From contig NC_043014.1 of NCBI RefSeq assembly GCF_006345805.1, positions 39,060,001 through 39,124,000 of the forward strand: DNA of 64,000 nt, read 5' to 3'. The DNA comes from Octopus sinensis (lineage: Eukaryota). This document shows, piece by piece, positions 15,090 through 29,126 of this stretch. Each line of letters starts with the position of its first letter. Position 1 is the stretch's first letter. The notes beneath the pieces were generated by a model. It saw only the letters and a list, made by a program, of their open reading frames with translations. It was not told the origin of the DNA and made no database searches. Made by a program: the position numbers and the translations under genes.

Positions 15090-16152
15090 AAAGGAAGGCA
15101 TCCTCTCGAGGAAAAGTCCGATAGGATAGGTGACTCTTTAAGGAACCAAAATCTTACATTATATGTCTGGCCTTAACCTGGAACCTACAAGAGAGACAGA
15201 AGAATGGATACGCTGAAAATATCAGGACGGGCAACTTCCGTGACCACAGAGGACAAAACCGGCTCTGTGCACGTCATGATTTTCGAGGATTGTCAGATTT
15301 CAGCTAAAGTCATGGCTGAGACTTTAGGGATTTCCTACGAAAGAGTTGGCCACATCATCCACAACATTCTGGATATCAGAAAGCTGTCCGCAAAATAGGT
15401 GCTGAAATTCCTGAACACAGATCAGAAGCGCATCAGAGTGACGGCATCAAAGGTGATTTTGAACAGGTTTGCAGCGGGAGAGGCTGATTCTATGGCTCGT
15501 TTCGTCTCCATGGATGAAACTTGGCTTCATCATTATGATCCCTAGACCAAGCAGCAATCAATGGAGTGGCCCCACAGCGGTTCACTGCGTCCCAAGAAGT
15601 TTCGGGCCCGGAAATCAGCTGGAAAGATCCTGGCTTTAGTGACCTAGAATAAAGACGGAATGCTTCTCATAAAATACATGCCAAAGGGTCACACCATCAA
15701 TGCAGAATGCTATATGTCTCTGTTGGACGAACTGCGTGAAACTTTGAAGCAGAAACGCCGTGGAAAGCTGAGCCAAGGTGTCCTGTCTTTGCAGGACAAT
15801 GCACCAGCACAGAGAACACATGAAACTACGAAAAATATGCGAAATGGCTTCGAATTAGTAGACCACCCACCTTACTCTTTGACTTGCCTTCCTCCGACTA
15901 TCACGTCTTTCCACAACTGAAGAAACATCTCAAGGGAACGAAATTTCACTCTGATTCGGAAGTGATCACTGCTACAGAAGCCTGGCTGGAGGCCCAAACT
16001 TCCGAGTTCTTTTATCAGGGCCTTGAAAAACAGAAGGACCGCTGCAACAGATGCGTGCATCTGAGAGGGGAATATGTTGAATAAAATCATAATTAACTGA
16101 TCCTCCTGAATTTTCTTTTACCGCAAAACAAAAACTTTTCAACACCCCCTCA
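15090..16152 (+). pseudogene. Degenerate mariner (D,D34D-type) transposase with 3' TIR
   Basis: SGRATSV..RKLSAK*VLKFL..MDETWLHHYDP*TKQQSMEW..LQDNAPA..HPPYS..SDYHVFPQLKKHLKGTKF..LRGEYVE*, with several stops and a frameshift. Right end AAAACTTTTCAACACCCCCTCA followed by TA. Confidence 0.92.
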
Positions 16153-16320
16153 TATATAACATGTATATCAACAAAATCATTCCCACATACATAATGTAAG
16201 CTCTCGTTAAACAGATTTGTTGCTCTTCATTTCACTGAACAATTTTTACTGGGTTCGTTGTGGTCCAGCCAAATCTCTTCAGCGTTTAATGCAAGAAAAA
16301 AATATTTATATCTATCTATA

Positions 16321-16702
16321 TCTATATATATATAAAGCTGAAGTTGTCTGTGTGTGGCAGGTTTGGTAGCCTTCAACTAACTCTATCTCCTCCGAGACCC
16401 TGTGGCGCAAGTTGACCAAAATTGAGAGTATGATAGAAGAAGGCTTGCTCTTCATTCTGTAGAAGATAAAATTCAAATCGGACCATGTTAAGACCAAAAA
16501 TTATTTACATCAAAAATGTGAAAAAAATCCTTATTTTTTACGATTTTTTGACTGCTGTGTTGCCATTTTTCGGTGTATTTCAACCAGAAAAATGTTCACT
16601 TGAAGAGAATAACAAGCTACATAATGCAAAATGTTTACTTTTCAAAAATTCCAATCCTAAAGGGTCGAAACAAACCCGAGCAGCGCCGGGCGATACTGCT
16701 AG
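16321..16702 (+). mobile_element. Non-autonomous Helitron
   Basis: 5' TCTATATATATAT, 3' hairpin CCCGAGCAGCGCCGGG followed by CTAG|T. Second copy at 39984-40374. Confidence 0.8.
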
Positions 16703-17517
16703 TCTAAGAATAAAATTCATACCTTATTCTTTTGCAAACATTCGCCGCTTTCTTTTCAGCATATATACATAACAGTCACAAATTGTAGAAATTTTTTTTT
16801 ATTTTTCCCTGTTGCCCTAGTCATAATGTACTTATCTTGCTCGCTGTTAATTAGTGTTAAATAAATATAATTAAAAATAAAAAGATTATATTTAAAGTAA
16901 TGAGTGATGAGCAAAAAGAACACTGAATTTTTTTTAGTCTGTTATTTCACATTTAACATTTAACGTATTGCCATTTAAACAATGTAAGGGTCGAGCGGGC
17001 CACGGGTGCTGGGTTGTGCTTAAAGGGCGTCAGTTAACCTTAATTTTATTTTGTCAGAAACCCGCCTTAAAATCATCTCGTGCCAATGAAGAATCGTCAT
17101 TCTTGACTCATAAGAGAGATTAGTAAATGAAAGCATATGTACTGATTAGAATATTAAATAGCTAAAGTACATTCATATAATTACGATATGCCGTATGCCG
17201 TACTATGATCAAAAGCATTCCGGTTGTAACCATCTCGTTTGAAAAAAAAAAGGAAAAGAGATTGGATGGTTAAAATTGGAGCATCTTTGATCATAGGTCT
17301 GCTCAATCAAGGCCGTCTCGGAGCTAAACAACAACAATTACCAGTGACTAATAGGATTTTGTTTTTCATAAACATCTACCGAAGATAACTACTAACTAAC
17401 GTATTTCTGACTTCTATTAATGCCCCCTCGGTGATGCATGGCATGTGTGTAACTCGGTAGTTATCAATCATTTTGACTTCGTGGTACATTAAGCATCCAA
17501 TGATGATGATGATGATG

Positions 17518-17574
<57 letters not shown>

Positions 17575-17589
17575 TAATAATAATAACAA

Positions 17590-17771
17590 CAAGTTTTAAA
17601 ACAAATATAATTTTCGTATGGTTTTTTAGACATTCACTAGTACAACACTAAGTACAAAACCAAATATATGGCACACTAGGCATAACACCAAAAGAACTTC
17701 CAACTTGTTGTCTCTTGAGGTCACTGGGTGAGACTTGGAGCCAACTTGTACAAATGTAAAGCAAAAGTCAA

Positions 17772-17835
<64 letters not shown>

Positions 17836-18010
17836 GTGGCATCTCAAGGCGACTACAGTACCAGTGATTGTAGGATCTCCAGGAATGATAAAAAAAAAGG
17901 CACTGAAACCTATTTGAAAATGATACCAGGCTTACCATCCCTACAGGAAGTGCAAAAAATCGTGTTAACTGGAACGACTCATGTACTGAGAAGAGCATTA
18001 TCGCTGTGAA
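17590..18010 (+). mobile_element. R4/Dong-type LINE pieces: 3' UTR with (AAT)n tail, then ORF C-terminus
   Basis: 17833-18009 reads MWHLKATTVPVIVGSPGMIKK..IPGLPSLQEVQKIVLTGTTHVLRRALSL*. The UTR segment is shared with 54815-55000. Confidence 0.7.
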
Positions 18011-18172
18011 ATCAACATCCATTCATGAATTTATTTATTTATTAATTTTTTAAATACATATTTTACCTGTGAATTTGCGTGTGTAATCTGGGAATGCATA
18101 CAATGAGCTTCTCTGCTCTAGGTGTACGGAAAACACCCGGCGAGAAATGGAAAACAATTTGAAGAAAGAAGG

Positions 18173-18240
<68 letters not shown>

Positions 18241-18241
<1 letters not shown>

Positions 18242-18795
18242 GTCCTGATGCAGTACCAAGCAGTGGCTCTCATGGCTTCTGATCTTAACTGATTGGAAGT
18301 GTTATCATGTACATTGTTTTGTCTTGGTATATAAGATGGGCTACAGCAAATATTCTGCTCAATACCACAGATTTGCTTGTCAGTTGTTTGACCTTAACCA
18401 GTTGAGCATGTCCCTTAGTGGCTGACGATATGTGCATCTCTGATCACGAGCAGAAGTAGTGGGGGAGCATCATAGCCATGTGTTGAGAGGGATTCTTTGG
18501 GGTTTGAATAATTCACCTCTGGAAACATGGGTGTTTCGTTCAACATCCTTAAACAATCCTTATTCAGGGACCTTTTGAGCGGGATGGGCTACTCAACCTG
18601 AAGAAAATTCTAACTGGGCCCCACCTGCAAGGTCATGTGCTGTTTATCTTGATATGAGATCACCATGTCGCGCACATATGGTTGTGATGCATGTGCCTGG
18701 TGTACCTTTATCAGACGGGTAGTCATGATGGGTATATTGGACTTCGTATATTTTACCCCAGTGTCACTTTGATGGCATGCACTGCTCTCTCACTC

Positions 18796-18865
<70 letters not shown>

Positions 18866-19705
18866 TCCTGAGGCAGTACCAAGCACTGGCTCTCGTGACT
18901 GCTGATTATAACTGATTGGAAGTGTTATCATGTATCATATATGTTTTGTCTTGGTATAAAAGATGGGCTACAGCAAATATTCTGCTCGGTACCACATATT
19001 TGTTTGTCAGTCGTTTGACCTTAACCAGTTGAGCATGTCCTTTAGTGGCTGTCGATATGTGCATCTCTGATCACGAGCAGGAGTCATGGGGGAGCATCAT
19101 AGCCGTGTGTTGAGAGGAATTCTTTGGAGTTTGAATAATTCACCTCTGATATATTTCAATTACGACCAGCTTTACTATATGTATATCAGAAACTACAAGG
19201 CGTCGAGCTGGCAGAAACGTTAGCACGCCGGGTGAAATGTGTAGCCGTATTTCGTCTGCCGTTACGTTCTGAGTTCAAATTCCGCCGAGGTCGACTTTGC
19301 CTTTCATCCTTTCGGGGTCGATTAAATAAGCACCAGTTATGCAGCACTGGGGTCGACATAATCGACTTAATCCGTTTGTCTGCCCTTGTTTGTCCTCTCT
19401 GTGTTTAGCCCCTTGTGGGTAGTAAAGAAATAGATATATGGGTGTTTCGTTCAACATCCTTAAACAACCCTTATTCAGAGACCTTTTGAGTGGGATGGCC
19501 TACTCGACCTGAAGAAAATTATAACAGGACCCTACCTGTAAGATCATGCGCTATTTATCTTGATATGAGATCACCATGTTGCGCGCATATGGTTGTGATG
19601 CATGTGCCTGGTGTTCCCTTATCAGACGGTAGTTATGGTGAATATATTAGGCTTCGTATATTTTAACCCAGTGTCACTTTGATGGCATGCACTGCTCTCT
19701 CACTC
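18241..19705 (+). mobile_element. Two tandem copies of an about 555-bp (AAT)n-flanked non-coding repeat (18241-18795; 18864-19705, carrying a SINE insert)
   Basis: Both start TGTCCTGA(T/G)GCAGTACC and end CACTGCTCTCTCACTC before (AAT)n. Third copy at 48930-49475. Confidence 0.85.
19197..19432 (+). mobile_element. tRNA-derived SINE (family A, head AAGGCGGCGAGCTGGCAG) inserted in the repeat above
   Basis: Full head-to-tail copy. GATATAT direct repeats at 19148-19154 and 19433-19439. Confidence 0.85.
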
Positions 19706-19733
19706 AATAATAATAATAATAATTAAAATATAA

Positions 19734-19795
<62 letters not shown>

Positions 19796-19814
19796 TTAAT
19801 GATAATAATAATAA

Positions 19815-19855
<41 letters not shown>

Positions 19856-20091
19856 TAAAATAATAAATATATAATAATAATAAAATAATAACAACAACAC
19901 CAACAAACAACAACACCAATAATAATAATATAATAATAATAAAATAATAATAAAAAAAAATAATATAATAATAATAAACTAATAATAATCTAATAATAAA
20001 AATAATAATAATAATAATATAATAATATATAATAATAAATAAAAATAATAAATAATAATAATAATAATCTAATAATAATAATAATAAGAAA

Positions 20092-20134
<43 letters not shown>

Positions 20135-20173
20135 CAACAACAACAACAACAAAATAATAATAATAAATAATAA

Positions 20174-20204
<31 letters not shown>

Positions 20205-20220
20205 AATAATATAATAATAA

Positions 20221-20268
<48 letters not shown>

Positions 20269-20289
20269 AACAACAACACAACAACAACA

Positions 20290-20334
<45 letters not shown>

Positions 20335-20351
20335 CAACAACAACAACAACA

Positions 20352-20398
<47 letters not shown>

Positions 20399-20430
20399 CA
20401 CAACAACAACAACAACAATAATAATAATAA
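19706..20430. repeat. Giant compound (AAT)n/(AAC)n microsatellite of about 725 bp
   Basis: Directly visible. Confidence 0.97.
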
Positions 20431-20851
20431 TTACCATGGAAAGTTAAAAATTAGTGGCGAGAATTTTGCATGGAAGGTTTTTTTTAAAAATTGTTTTAAA
20501 GTCATAAAACTATTATTTGTATGTGTGCGTGTGTACACACACACATACACACATACACACATACACACACTACGCACACGCACACAAACATTTTTAAGAC
20601 GTTCGTGTATTATATCAGTTGGATTTGGTAAAGTCCTAAATTATATCTTTTAAAAATCTACGTTGCAACTAAATACCTCATGAGACGCAACTGGACTCCA
20701 TTTGACGACAACTAACTAGCCGAAACATTGGAATACAAATCATTGTATTCTGAGTAACTGTTAAAAACAGTACAATAAAGCATCTAGAGTTGTCTCCAAT
20801 ACTTTCCAATGGCAGGAAAGGAAAATATTAGTCATTGAATCATATTATTTA

Positions 20852-21379
20852 CCGTAAATCTTCGAGTATGGTCCGCCCTTGAGTATAATACGCAGGGGAT
20901 TTTTAGGGGGGGGGGGCTGTACCTCTGAAAAACCTAAACCTTGTGTATAATACGCACTCCTTCTCTAACTTGAGTCGTGCGTAATTAAGTCAGCAGCACC
21001 TAGTCGAACAAACACTTCCGCGTATGCGTAATACAATAATGGTGATGTTCTTAACTGTTATATGGGAATGTAAATATGTTTGCAAATTGTTTTTGTTACA
21101 TGTTATTCTGTGTTCTGAATACTTTTATTTTAATAAATGTTGCTTACTGCAAGTTATGGCTGATTCTTTTATGACGTCATTGCTTTCAGGCTTAGCTTAA
21201 GGTATTTTCGCGCCCGACATCACAAAATACGTCTGAATAAACATTGCCGGACAGCAAATAGAGTCTCGGACATTGCTTAGAAAATATTTTTCATTTTTAA
21301 CCTCGTATATAGTACGCACTGGGGATTTTGACCTTTAAATTTTGGGAGGGAAATGCGGATTATACCCGAGGATTTACGG
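20852..21379. mobile_element. Tc2/pogo-like MITE (CCGTA TIRs, TA TSD)
   Basis: TA|CCGTAAATCTTCGAGTAT ... ATACCCGAGGATTTACGG|TA, with internal repeated TATAATACGCA motifs. Confidence 0.8.
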
Positions 21380-21935
21380 TAATACTTCTATTGTATATAT
21401 AAATATACTTTAGTTGTTTAATATCCTTATAATTAAATGTCTTTCACCTAAGACGAACTTAATCTGTGTTTATTTATCATTTCAACTGCGACAATTTACT
21501 TGCTAATGCTTGGACATATTACACAGAGGCTACACTTCGCCAAAGAGCCTCAGAAAAAAGGAAAAAAAGAAGAGAGCTGTATTCTAAATTGTTTCCCCTT
21601 TTCTCCCCTTACTTGGTCATAAATTTGGTACCGTTTTTCCTTTTTATTTATCCTCCTCTTAATTCTTTTACTTTTCTTTAATAAAGGATACAGGTAAAAA
21701 TGTCAGGTCGTCTTTTATCTTTTTTTCATTTGGCGTATTTGTTTTCATTGCACATATTCTCTGGTTTTATTCTTTCATTTAATTTTGCTACGCTTTTTCC
21801 ATGACAAGTTTTACTTGTCTAACCTCATGCATTTTGTTTGTCGATTCCTCACTTTATATTCCTTTTCGTCTTACTTGTTTGTTATTCACTATATATATAT
21901 ATATATATAATATATATATATATATAATATATATA

Positions 21936-22002
<67 letters not shown>

Positions 22003-22061
22003 CATATTTATATTTATATTTATATATATATATGTGTATATATATATAATATATATATATA

Positions 22062-22098
<37 letters not shown>

Positions 22099-22160
22099 GT
22101 AAAAACATACAAGTTGGCCAGTCAGATTTAACTTTAAATTAAAAGAGAAAAAGAAAACAC

Positions 22161-22198
<38 letters not shown>

Positions 22199-22684
22199 TA
22201 CATACATACATACATACATACATACATACATACTTATTTACACACGTAATACGTTCATACATACATATGGGCCTATGTATGTAAACAGTGGCGTTGCGTA
22301 GATTTTGATTGCTCTGTGCTGCGACCATATTGGCTGCCTCCTTCGTTAAACACGGCAAACCTTTGACTACACCAAAAACACGTATTTCAAGTGGACACCC
22401 AATGTAGTTCCGCTCCTCCTACGCTCCACCACGCTATCTTTTATGTTTTACTTGTTTCAGTCATTAGACCACGGCCATGCTGGAGCACTATCTATTTTGA
22501 AGTTGAAGGGTTTAGTCAAACAAATCGACGCCAGAACTTGTTCCTTTTTTCTTTTCTTTTCTTTTTCTTCTTTTTTTTTTTTGCTGTCTCGTACTTATTC
22601 TATCAGTCTCTTTTCCAGGGACATAAACAGACCAACACCAATTGTCAAACAGTGGTAGGGACAAACACAAGTATAAAGACCACG

Positions 22685-22742
22685 TGTGCACACACACACA
22701 CATACATACATACATACACACACACATACATACATACATACA

Positions 22743-22776
<34 letters not shown>

Positions 22777-23029
22777 CATACATACACACATACATACATA
22801 CATACATACATACATACATACATACATACATACACACATACACACACATACATACATACATACATACATACATACACACACATACATACATACATACATA
22901 CATACATACACACACACATACATACGTACATACATACATACACACATACATACATACATACATACATACATACACACACACACATACATACATACATAGA
23001 TACACACATACATACACACACACATACAT

Positions 23030-23062
<33 letters not shown>

Positions 23063-23420
23063 TACATACATACATACATACATACATACATACATACATA
23101 CATACATACACACACATACATACATACATACATACATACATACATACACACACACACATACATACATACATACATACATACATACATACACACATACATA
23201 CATACATACATACATACACACACACATACATACATACATACATACACACATACATACGTACATACATACATACACACATACATACATACATACATACATA
23301 CATACATACATACATACACACATACACACATACATACATGCATACATACATACATACATACATACATACATACATACATACATAATACATACATACATAC
23401 ATACATACACACATACATAT
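22685..23420. repeat. (CATA)n/(CA)n compound microsatellite of about 735 bp
   Basis: Directly visible. Source of several spurious long ORFs. Confidence 0.97.
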
Positions 23421-24199
23421 GATCTACTACATATGTGGGAAATTCTGTCTGTGGGTGTGCTTGTGGAGTTGTTAGTTAACTCATCCTACATCGTTTTATC
23501 GATTTTGATGAAACCTGACACGTGAGTAGAACTCATGTCTGGAAACCTCATGGCATACTCAGATTGCTGAAAAAAAAATCGATAATAGGGCCCCTGGAAG
23601 GGATCCTTATGTATATGTAATATACTTTATTTTAAAAACCAAAAGAAATAACCCCCGCCCATTCGCCCCTGGAAGGGATCCTTATATGTAGCCAAGGGAA
23701 ATAACACATTCATTTTCCTGAATTATTTGTTAAAAATGAAACTGAGTATGCTTATTTCTTAGTATTTGAACTGTTAGAGTTATTTTCGCAATTTATCCAG
23801 TACAACCTTTAAACAAATAAATAGCATTTTCCTAAACAATAGATCAACTTATTTCGGTTAGTGACTTATTCACGAATATACCAACATTAAAGCCCCTGAG
23901 GGTAATATTCTCTGCGAACGCATAAATGCCCTTTTCAGAGTTATTTACTTTGAATTGTTATTATCTCATATCTGATTAGCTAGTTATTACGTAACATGCT
24001 TCATGATTTTAGGTTTTAGTAACGAAATTACTAAACGGAAATAACTTAGAAAACAAAACTTGAAAACATCAACATCGTGCGCCGCCATATCGGATGGTTA
24101 ACTACAACAATAATATGTAAGGAGAAAATGAGTTTACACCTCACTAACTCTACCTTAGACAAAAATTAACGAAACTTTATGGCAACTCTTCACACCGAG

Positions 24200-25995
24200 C
24201 TCTTGAAAACATAGTGGAGTTTCTCGATGAGCGAGAAACACCGCTATCGCATACGAATTTTTGAACAAGCCAGTATCACTTGCAAGTTTGCTTCCAACCC
24301 ACAAGCATTATACAGAGAGATAAGGAAGGAAGACATTACCATTAAGAAAGCTCCCTCCAAAGAAGATATACAATCATTGTGGTCAAAAATTTAGAAAGAA
24401 AAGAGGAATTTCAACCTCAATGCATCACGGTCAAATACAACTGAGAGATAATACTGTACCAACACTAACAGTAAAACATACAAAATTGATGCAGAAACCT
24501 TCGCTAAAGCAGTAGGCAAACTGCAGAATGGGAAGGCACCTGGAAAGGACCTAATAGTTGGATAATGCTACAAGAAGCTGACATTTTATAGAAACCAGTT
24601 GATATGTATATTCAAAAGGACAATGGAAGGTTAGGCTGATATACCAAATTGGCTCACTACAGCAAATCTTGTTGCATACAAAAAAAGACTATGCATAATT
24701 ATGTTACTCGGAAGCTTGAAGAATAGAATTGACACGAAGCACAACCTCTCTTAGCACAAGACCACTACATCACATCACACTTTGGAGGCTTTGCGTTAGT
24801 AATCCTGGAACTGGAGATTGTCACAAAGTAGCTGGTGAACCAGAGAGACAGTGACGCTCTTGTAATCGCAAGATGCAACCGGATGTGTAGGCTATGTCAT
24901 GTTTCTGTGGAAAACATCACGCATATTATTAGCAGCTGTCCTAAAATGTCGTCACGGTACTACCTCCCTATACGGCACGATGTTGCTAAAACAATTTACA
25001 ATACCATATGCAAAAAAAAAAAACTGTAGCGCCCCAAACAGCCAGCACCATATTGGATGAGATCTCGCGGCAGCCAATACTGCTGGTGTTGTTTGTCGCT
25101 GGAACTGGCTGTGTGCTCTGTGTTCATTGGTTAGACCTTAGAGGGTCTAGAACCAAAAGACCTCGACTCGATGAATCGCTGAAGTTTTATAGCAAGCTAT
25201 CGGCTCAAACGGAGATTTAGAAAAGATTGTGTTACGGGACCTTATCAGAAGTCTGCGATTGGTTGGGTTGCACATTGGCGCGTAACAGAGCAAGAGACAA
25301 ACTGCGCCAATACCAACCAATCAGAGCAGTGGACACAACAGAATCCAAGCGGCCGAAGGCTAGCTGTTATCTACTACGTCCGTATTTATGTTATATATAA
25401 CAGAGAGGGAGAGAGAATTTCACTAAGCATACGTTACAAGACTATCCTGAAATAAACTTAGAAAATCCCTCTGTTATGGAATACATTCATAAACACCAAC
25501 TCAAGGAATACTGGTGAAATATTCCAGTCAAAACTTCTGTCAAATGTAAACATAACAGGCCGGATATTGTTGTTTGGGACAGAGGGGCAAAGGTATGTAC
25601 CAGCATAGAGGTCACCTGCCCTGCAGATATAAATATCTCTTTGAAAAATCAAGGAAAAAGAGGATATTTATGGACAACTGCTTCGAAATCTCCAGCTTCT
25701 ATATCCAGACTATGAATTCATATTCATACCAATAAAAATTGAAGAACTTGGTTTTGTTAGTAAATGCTTAAAGGAGAATCTGGATAAACTGGGATTTTCA
25801 GAAAGAGAAATCGACCGGCTAAGTCATACAAGTGCAATCTGTGAGTGGAACAGTAAAAATATGCAAGACTTTTCTCAAGTTCCAAATGTGAATTTGTCTG
25901 TGTTAACTACATCCCAAAGATGGGGCCCTGTACCTTTGTTGGAAACCGGCTCCCTCCTCGGTGGAAGATTTATAATAATTAAAGAATAGAAGAGA
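24200..25995 (+). pseudogene. Internally deleted R4/Dong-clade LINE: RT N-terminus, CCHC finger and RLE endonuclease remnants
   Basis: GKAPGKDLIVG; CRLCHVSVENITHIISSCPKMSSRYYLPIRHD; CKHNRPDIVVWDRGAKVCTSIEVTCPADINI. Stops and frameshifts present. Confidence 0.85.
25025..25438. mobile_element. Solo LTR (414 bp) inserted into the LINE
   Basis: TGTAGCG...CGTTACA termini, AAAC/AGAC 4-bp TSD with one mismatch. The LINE peptide (ICKKK..YPEINLENPSV) resumes after removal. Confidence 0.7.
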
Positions 25996-26185
25996 AATAC
26001 ATACATACATACATACATACATACATACATACATACATACATACATACATACATTAGTTATGATGGATATCCGTCAGCACGAAGCTATTGTAGAAGACAT
26101 TTGCCGAAAATGTGCTGTGGGATTGAACCTGAAACCACGTGGTCGCAAAGCAAGCTTCATAACCACATAATCATGCCTGCGCATT

Positions 26186-26401
26186 GTATGTATGTATCTA
26201 TGTACGTATGTATGTATGTGTGTGTGTATGTATGTATGTATGTATGTATGTATGTATGTATGTATGTATGTATGCATGTATGTATGTATGTATGCATGCA
26301 TGTATGTATGTATATATGTATCTGTGTGTATGTATGTATGTATGTATGTATGTGTATGAATGTATGTATGTCTGCATGTATGTATGTGTGTATGTATTAT
26401 G

Positions 26402-26432
<31 letters not shown>

Positions 26433-26680
26433 CTGCATGTATGTATATATGTATGTATGCGTGCATGTATCATGTGTATGTATGTTTGTATGTATGTATG
26501 TATGTATTATGTGTATGTATGTGTATGTATGTATTATGTGTATGTATGTATGTATGTATGTATGCATGCATGTATGTATGTATTTGTGTGTATGTATGTA
26601 TGTATGTAGTATGTATGTATGTATGTATGTATGTATGTATGTATGTGTGTGTGCCTGTATGTGTATGTGTGTGTGTACAT
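26186..26680. repeat. (TATG)n compound microsatellite
   Basis: Directly visible. Confidence 0.97.
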
Positions 26681-27106
26681 GGGAGAAACAGAGAGCAAGT
26701 TTCCATATAAAAATTCCGTTTTTAATCGGTTTCTTTAACACCAGGTGAAATCGTACACACACGCCGACATAGGTGCAAACACACACAACACTCCAATGGA
26801 GCCTGTACGTGAGAACTCGTATTGCTAGAAATAACAGCCAAATCCTCTCTTAACTCACAACCTTGTGGTCTTACATAAGGGGACTTTTAGATAATGTAGT
26901 CCCACATAACCCTTAAATAGACGGGACGGGATGGTTGTAGTTCTGATGTCTTTGATCGTGTCTGCTTAGTCAATGCTGACCAAGGGTTATATAACAATAA
27001 ACACACACATACATACATACATACATACACACACTCCTTTCTCCCTGCCCGACACACACACACACCTCTTCATATCTTTTTCTGTCAGTCTGGTGTCTGT
27101 CAGTTC

Positions 27107-27146
<40 letters not shown>

Positions 27147-27276
27147 ATACACAAACTACTCTCTAAGTTTGTCTACCGCACTCCTATTCTTCTACATTTC
27201 TCCCCTCTTCTTAATTATTCTGTCTTTCTCTCTCTCTTTCTGTTTATCTGTCAATCTGTCTGCCTGTCTGTCTGCC

Positions 27277-27336
<60 letters not shown>

Positions 27337-27610
27337 CCATCATCACACAGTCATTCCTTTCCCTTTTCTCTATCTGCCTGCTGTTCTGTCTCTGCTCTGC
27401 TCTGCTCTGCTCACGTTGAAATCATTATTATTAGATCTAAATGAAAAGACCCCTTTATACATACATACATACATATATATATATGTAATTTTTAAAGATT
27501 CATTATCGCGGCAGAGGAAAGAGAGAACGAAAAAAAAAAAAAAGGCAAGGCAAGGCAAGCAGTTGGGTTACTATTTTCTGCTTGTTGGCATTTAGCATTC
27601 CGACGGCACC

Positions 27611-27758
27611 TGACGTCAGATGTAAATAAGGAATAGTAAGTTCAGTGAAAAAATGGCTCCCCACCATTCTGCAGCTGGTACTGCTTGTCATTTACTCCAG
27701 GCCGCACCAAAAAGTCGGCTGGAAATTAGATAATATTCTTGACCGCTAGTATTTATAA
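27611..27758 (+). promoter_or_regulatory. Candidate DnaJ promoter: CRE palindrome TGACGTCA (27611-27618) and TATA-like TATTTATAA (27750-27758)
   Basis: Motifs lie about 275 and 135 bp upstream of the ATG. Position only; no functional evidence. Confidence 0.35.
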
Positions 27759-27885
27759 TACAAGGCTGATGCGAAAGAGAGATACATATAGGTATATAAA
27801 AAAAAAAATACAACTCGAAAACAAAACAAAAAAATCGAAAACTACCAAACTGAAAACTGTTGATATTAAATAATAAAAAAGAAAA

Positions 27886-28550
27886 ATGAAGAATCTGTAT
27901 TCTATAGTTGGGGTGGATGAAAACGCAACATCTGAAGAAATTAAAAAGTCATATAAAAAACTGGCCAAGAAATTACATCCAGATAAAAACAAAAGCGAAG
28001 ATGCCGAAGAAAAGTTTAAAGAACTTTCCAAAGCTTACGAAGTTCTAAAGAGTAAAGAGAGCCGGCAAGATTATGATTTCCAGCGAAAGTACTGTCAGAA
28101 AGGAGACGAAAGTAAGCGGTTTCAAACGAAAACCACATACGACCCTCGTTCGAGAACAAGGACTTTTAGGTTCTACGATTCACCGGAACAGGATAAGAGT
28201 TATGAAAATAAAACCAACGACAGCAATTTCAGCGATCAGTACCGACGCAAAGAAAGAAATGGTGGGGCAAAACAGGATAAGAGTTATGAAAATAAAACCA
28301 ACGACAGCAATTTCAGCGATCAGTACCGACGCAAAGAAAGAAATGGTGGGGCAAAACAGAAGAAGAGTTATTACTTCAACAAGAGATCGAATTCGGATTC
28401 TTCCAGCTCGTCATCTTCGTTTCGGTCTTCTGCCGAAAGGAGTACTCCTCGTTCTACAAATCACATGAACGGACATAGAGAGAACTATGAAGAGCCTTTC
28501 GAGTATTACAATCGCACTTCTGCAACACAAAACGAACGGACACGAACAAG
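27886..28550 (+). CDS. J-domain (DnaJ/Hsp40) protein, first coding exon
   Basis: MKNLYSIVGVDENATSEEIKKSYKKLAKKLHPDKNKSEDAEEKFKELSKAYEVL has an intact HPD motif. Strong donor AAG|GTGAGT at 28551 (phase 2). Subfamily not assignable. Confidence 0.92.
28187..28370 (+). repeat. In-frame 84-bp coding tandem repeat (two identical copies plus a partial)
   Basis: Unit QDKSYENKTNDSNFSDQYRRKERNGGAK at 28187-28270 and 28271-28354. Confidence 0.95.
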
Positions 28551-28713
28551 GTGAGTTAAACTTTGTGAAATGAAAAATTATTTTGTTTGCATGCACGCTC
28601 CCTACCATCACTACCACCTCGTGCGCGCGTGTGTGCGTGTGTTTTCGTTATGGATTTTCCACTGGACAGAAGACCTTATGTTGTTGTTGACAGAGCCTCT
28701 GAGAAGAATATAG

Positions 28714-29126
28714 GGATCTTTTTGGTTTGAACGGCAGTTTTTAACATAATTTCTAGGTAACTAAAAAATTTTAAACTTCGTATACTGGTAGAAAGTGTTT
28801 ATAAAACACCTTTTTCTCTTGGCTTTATTGAGAAAATTCTATAGTTTGTGAGATATTTGTTGTTTTTTTTTCTTCAATTTCTTCAATTTCAACCAATCAA
28901 TGACGTCTATTGAGGTAAAAAAAAAACATTCTGTGCCGTATGAATATGTCCCTCGTTTAAGAAACAGATTGGGTTTATTTACATTTCTGAAGAAAAAAAG
29001 GTACCCTTCCCCCCACCCCTAACCCTAACTAACCCTAACCCTAAAACAGATACTAGGGTCATAATTATGGGTGACAATTTCATATGACACTGCTAGAAAA
29101 AATTGCCGTTCAAACCGAAAAGATCC
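28714..29126. mobile_element. Merlin-like MITE copy
   Basis: Same TIRs and body as 8280-8688. Flanks share only TATAG, so the TSD is not clean. Confidence 0.85.

Noticed and set aside
19704-26786. Long ORFs of 100-300 aa such as 22512-23414, 19704-20279 and 26101-26748
   Set aside because: They are translations of (CATA)n, (AAT)n and (TA)n microsatellites, which lack stop codons in some frames.
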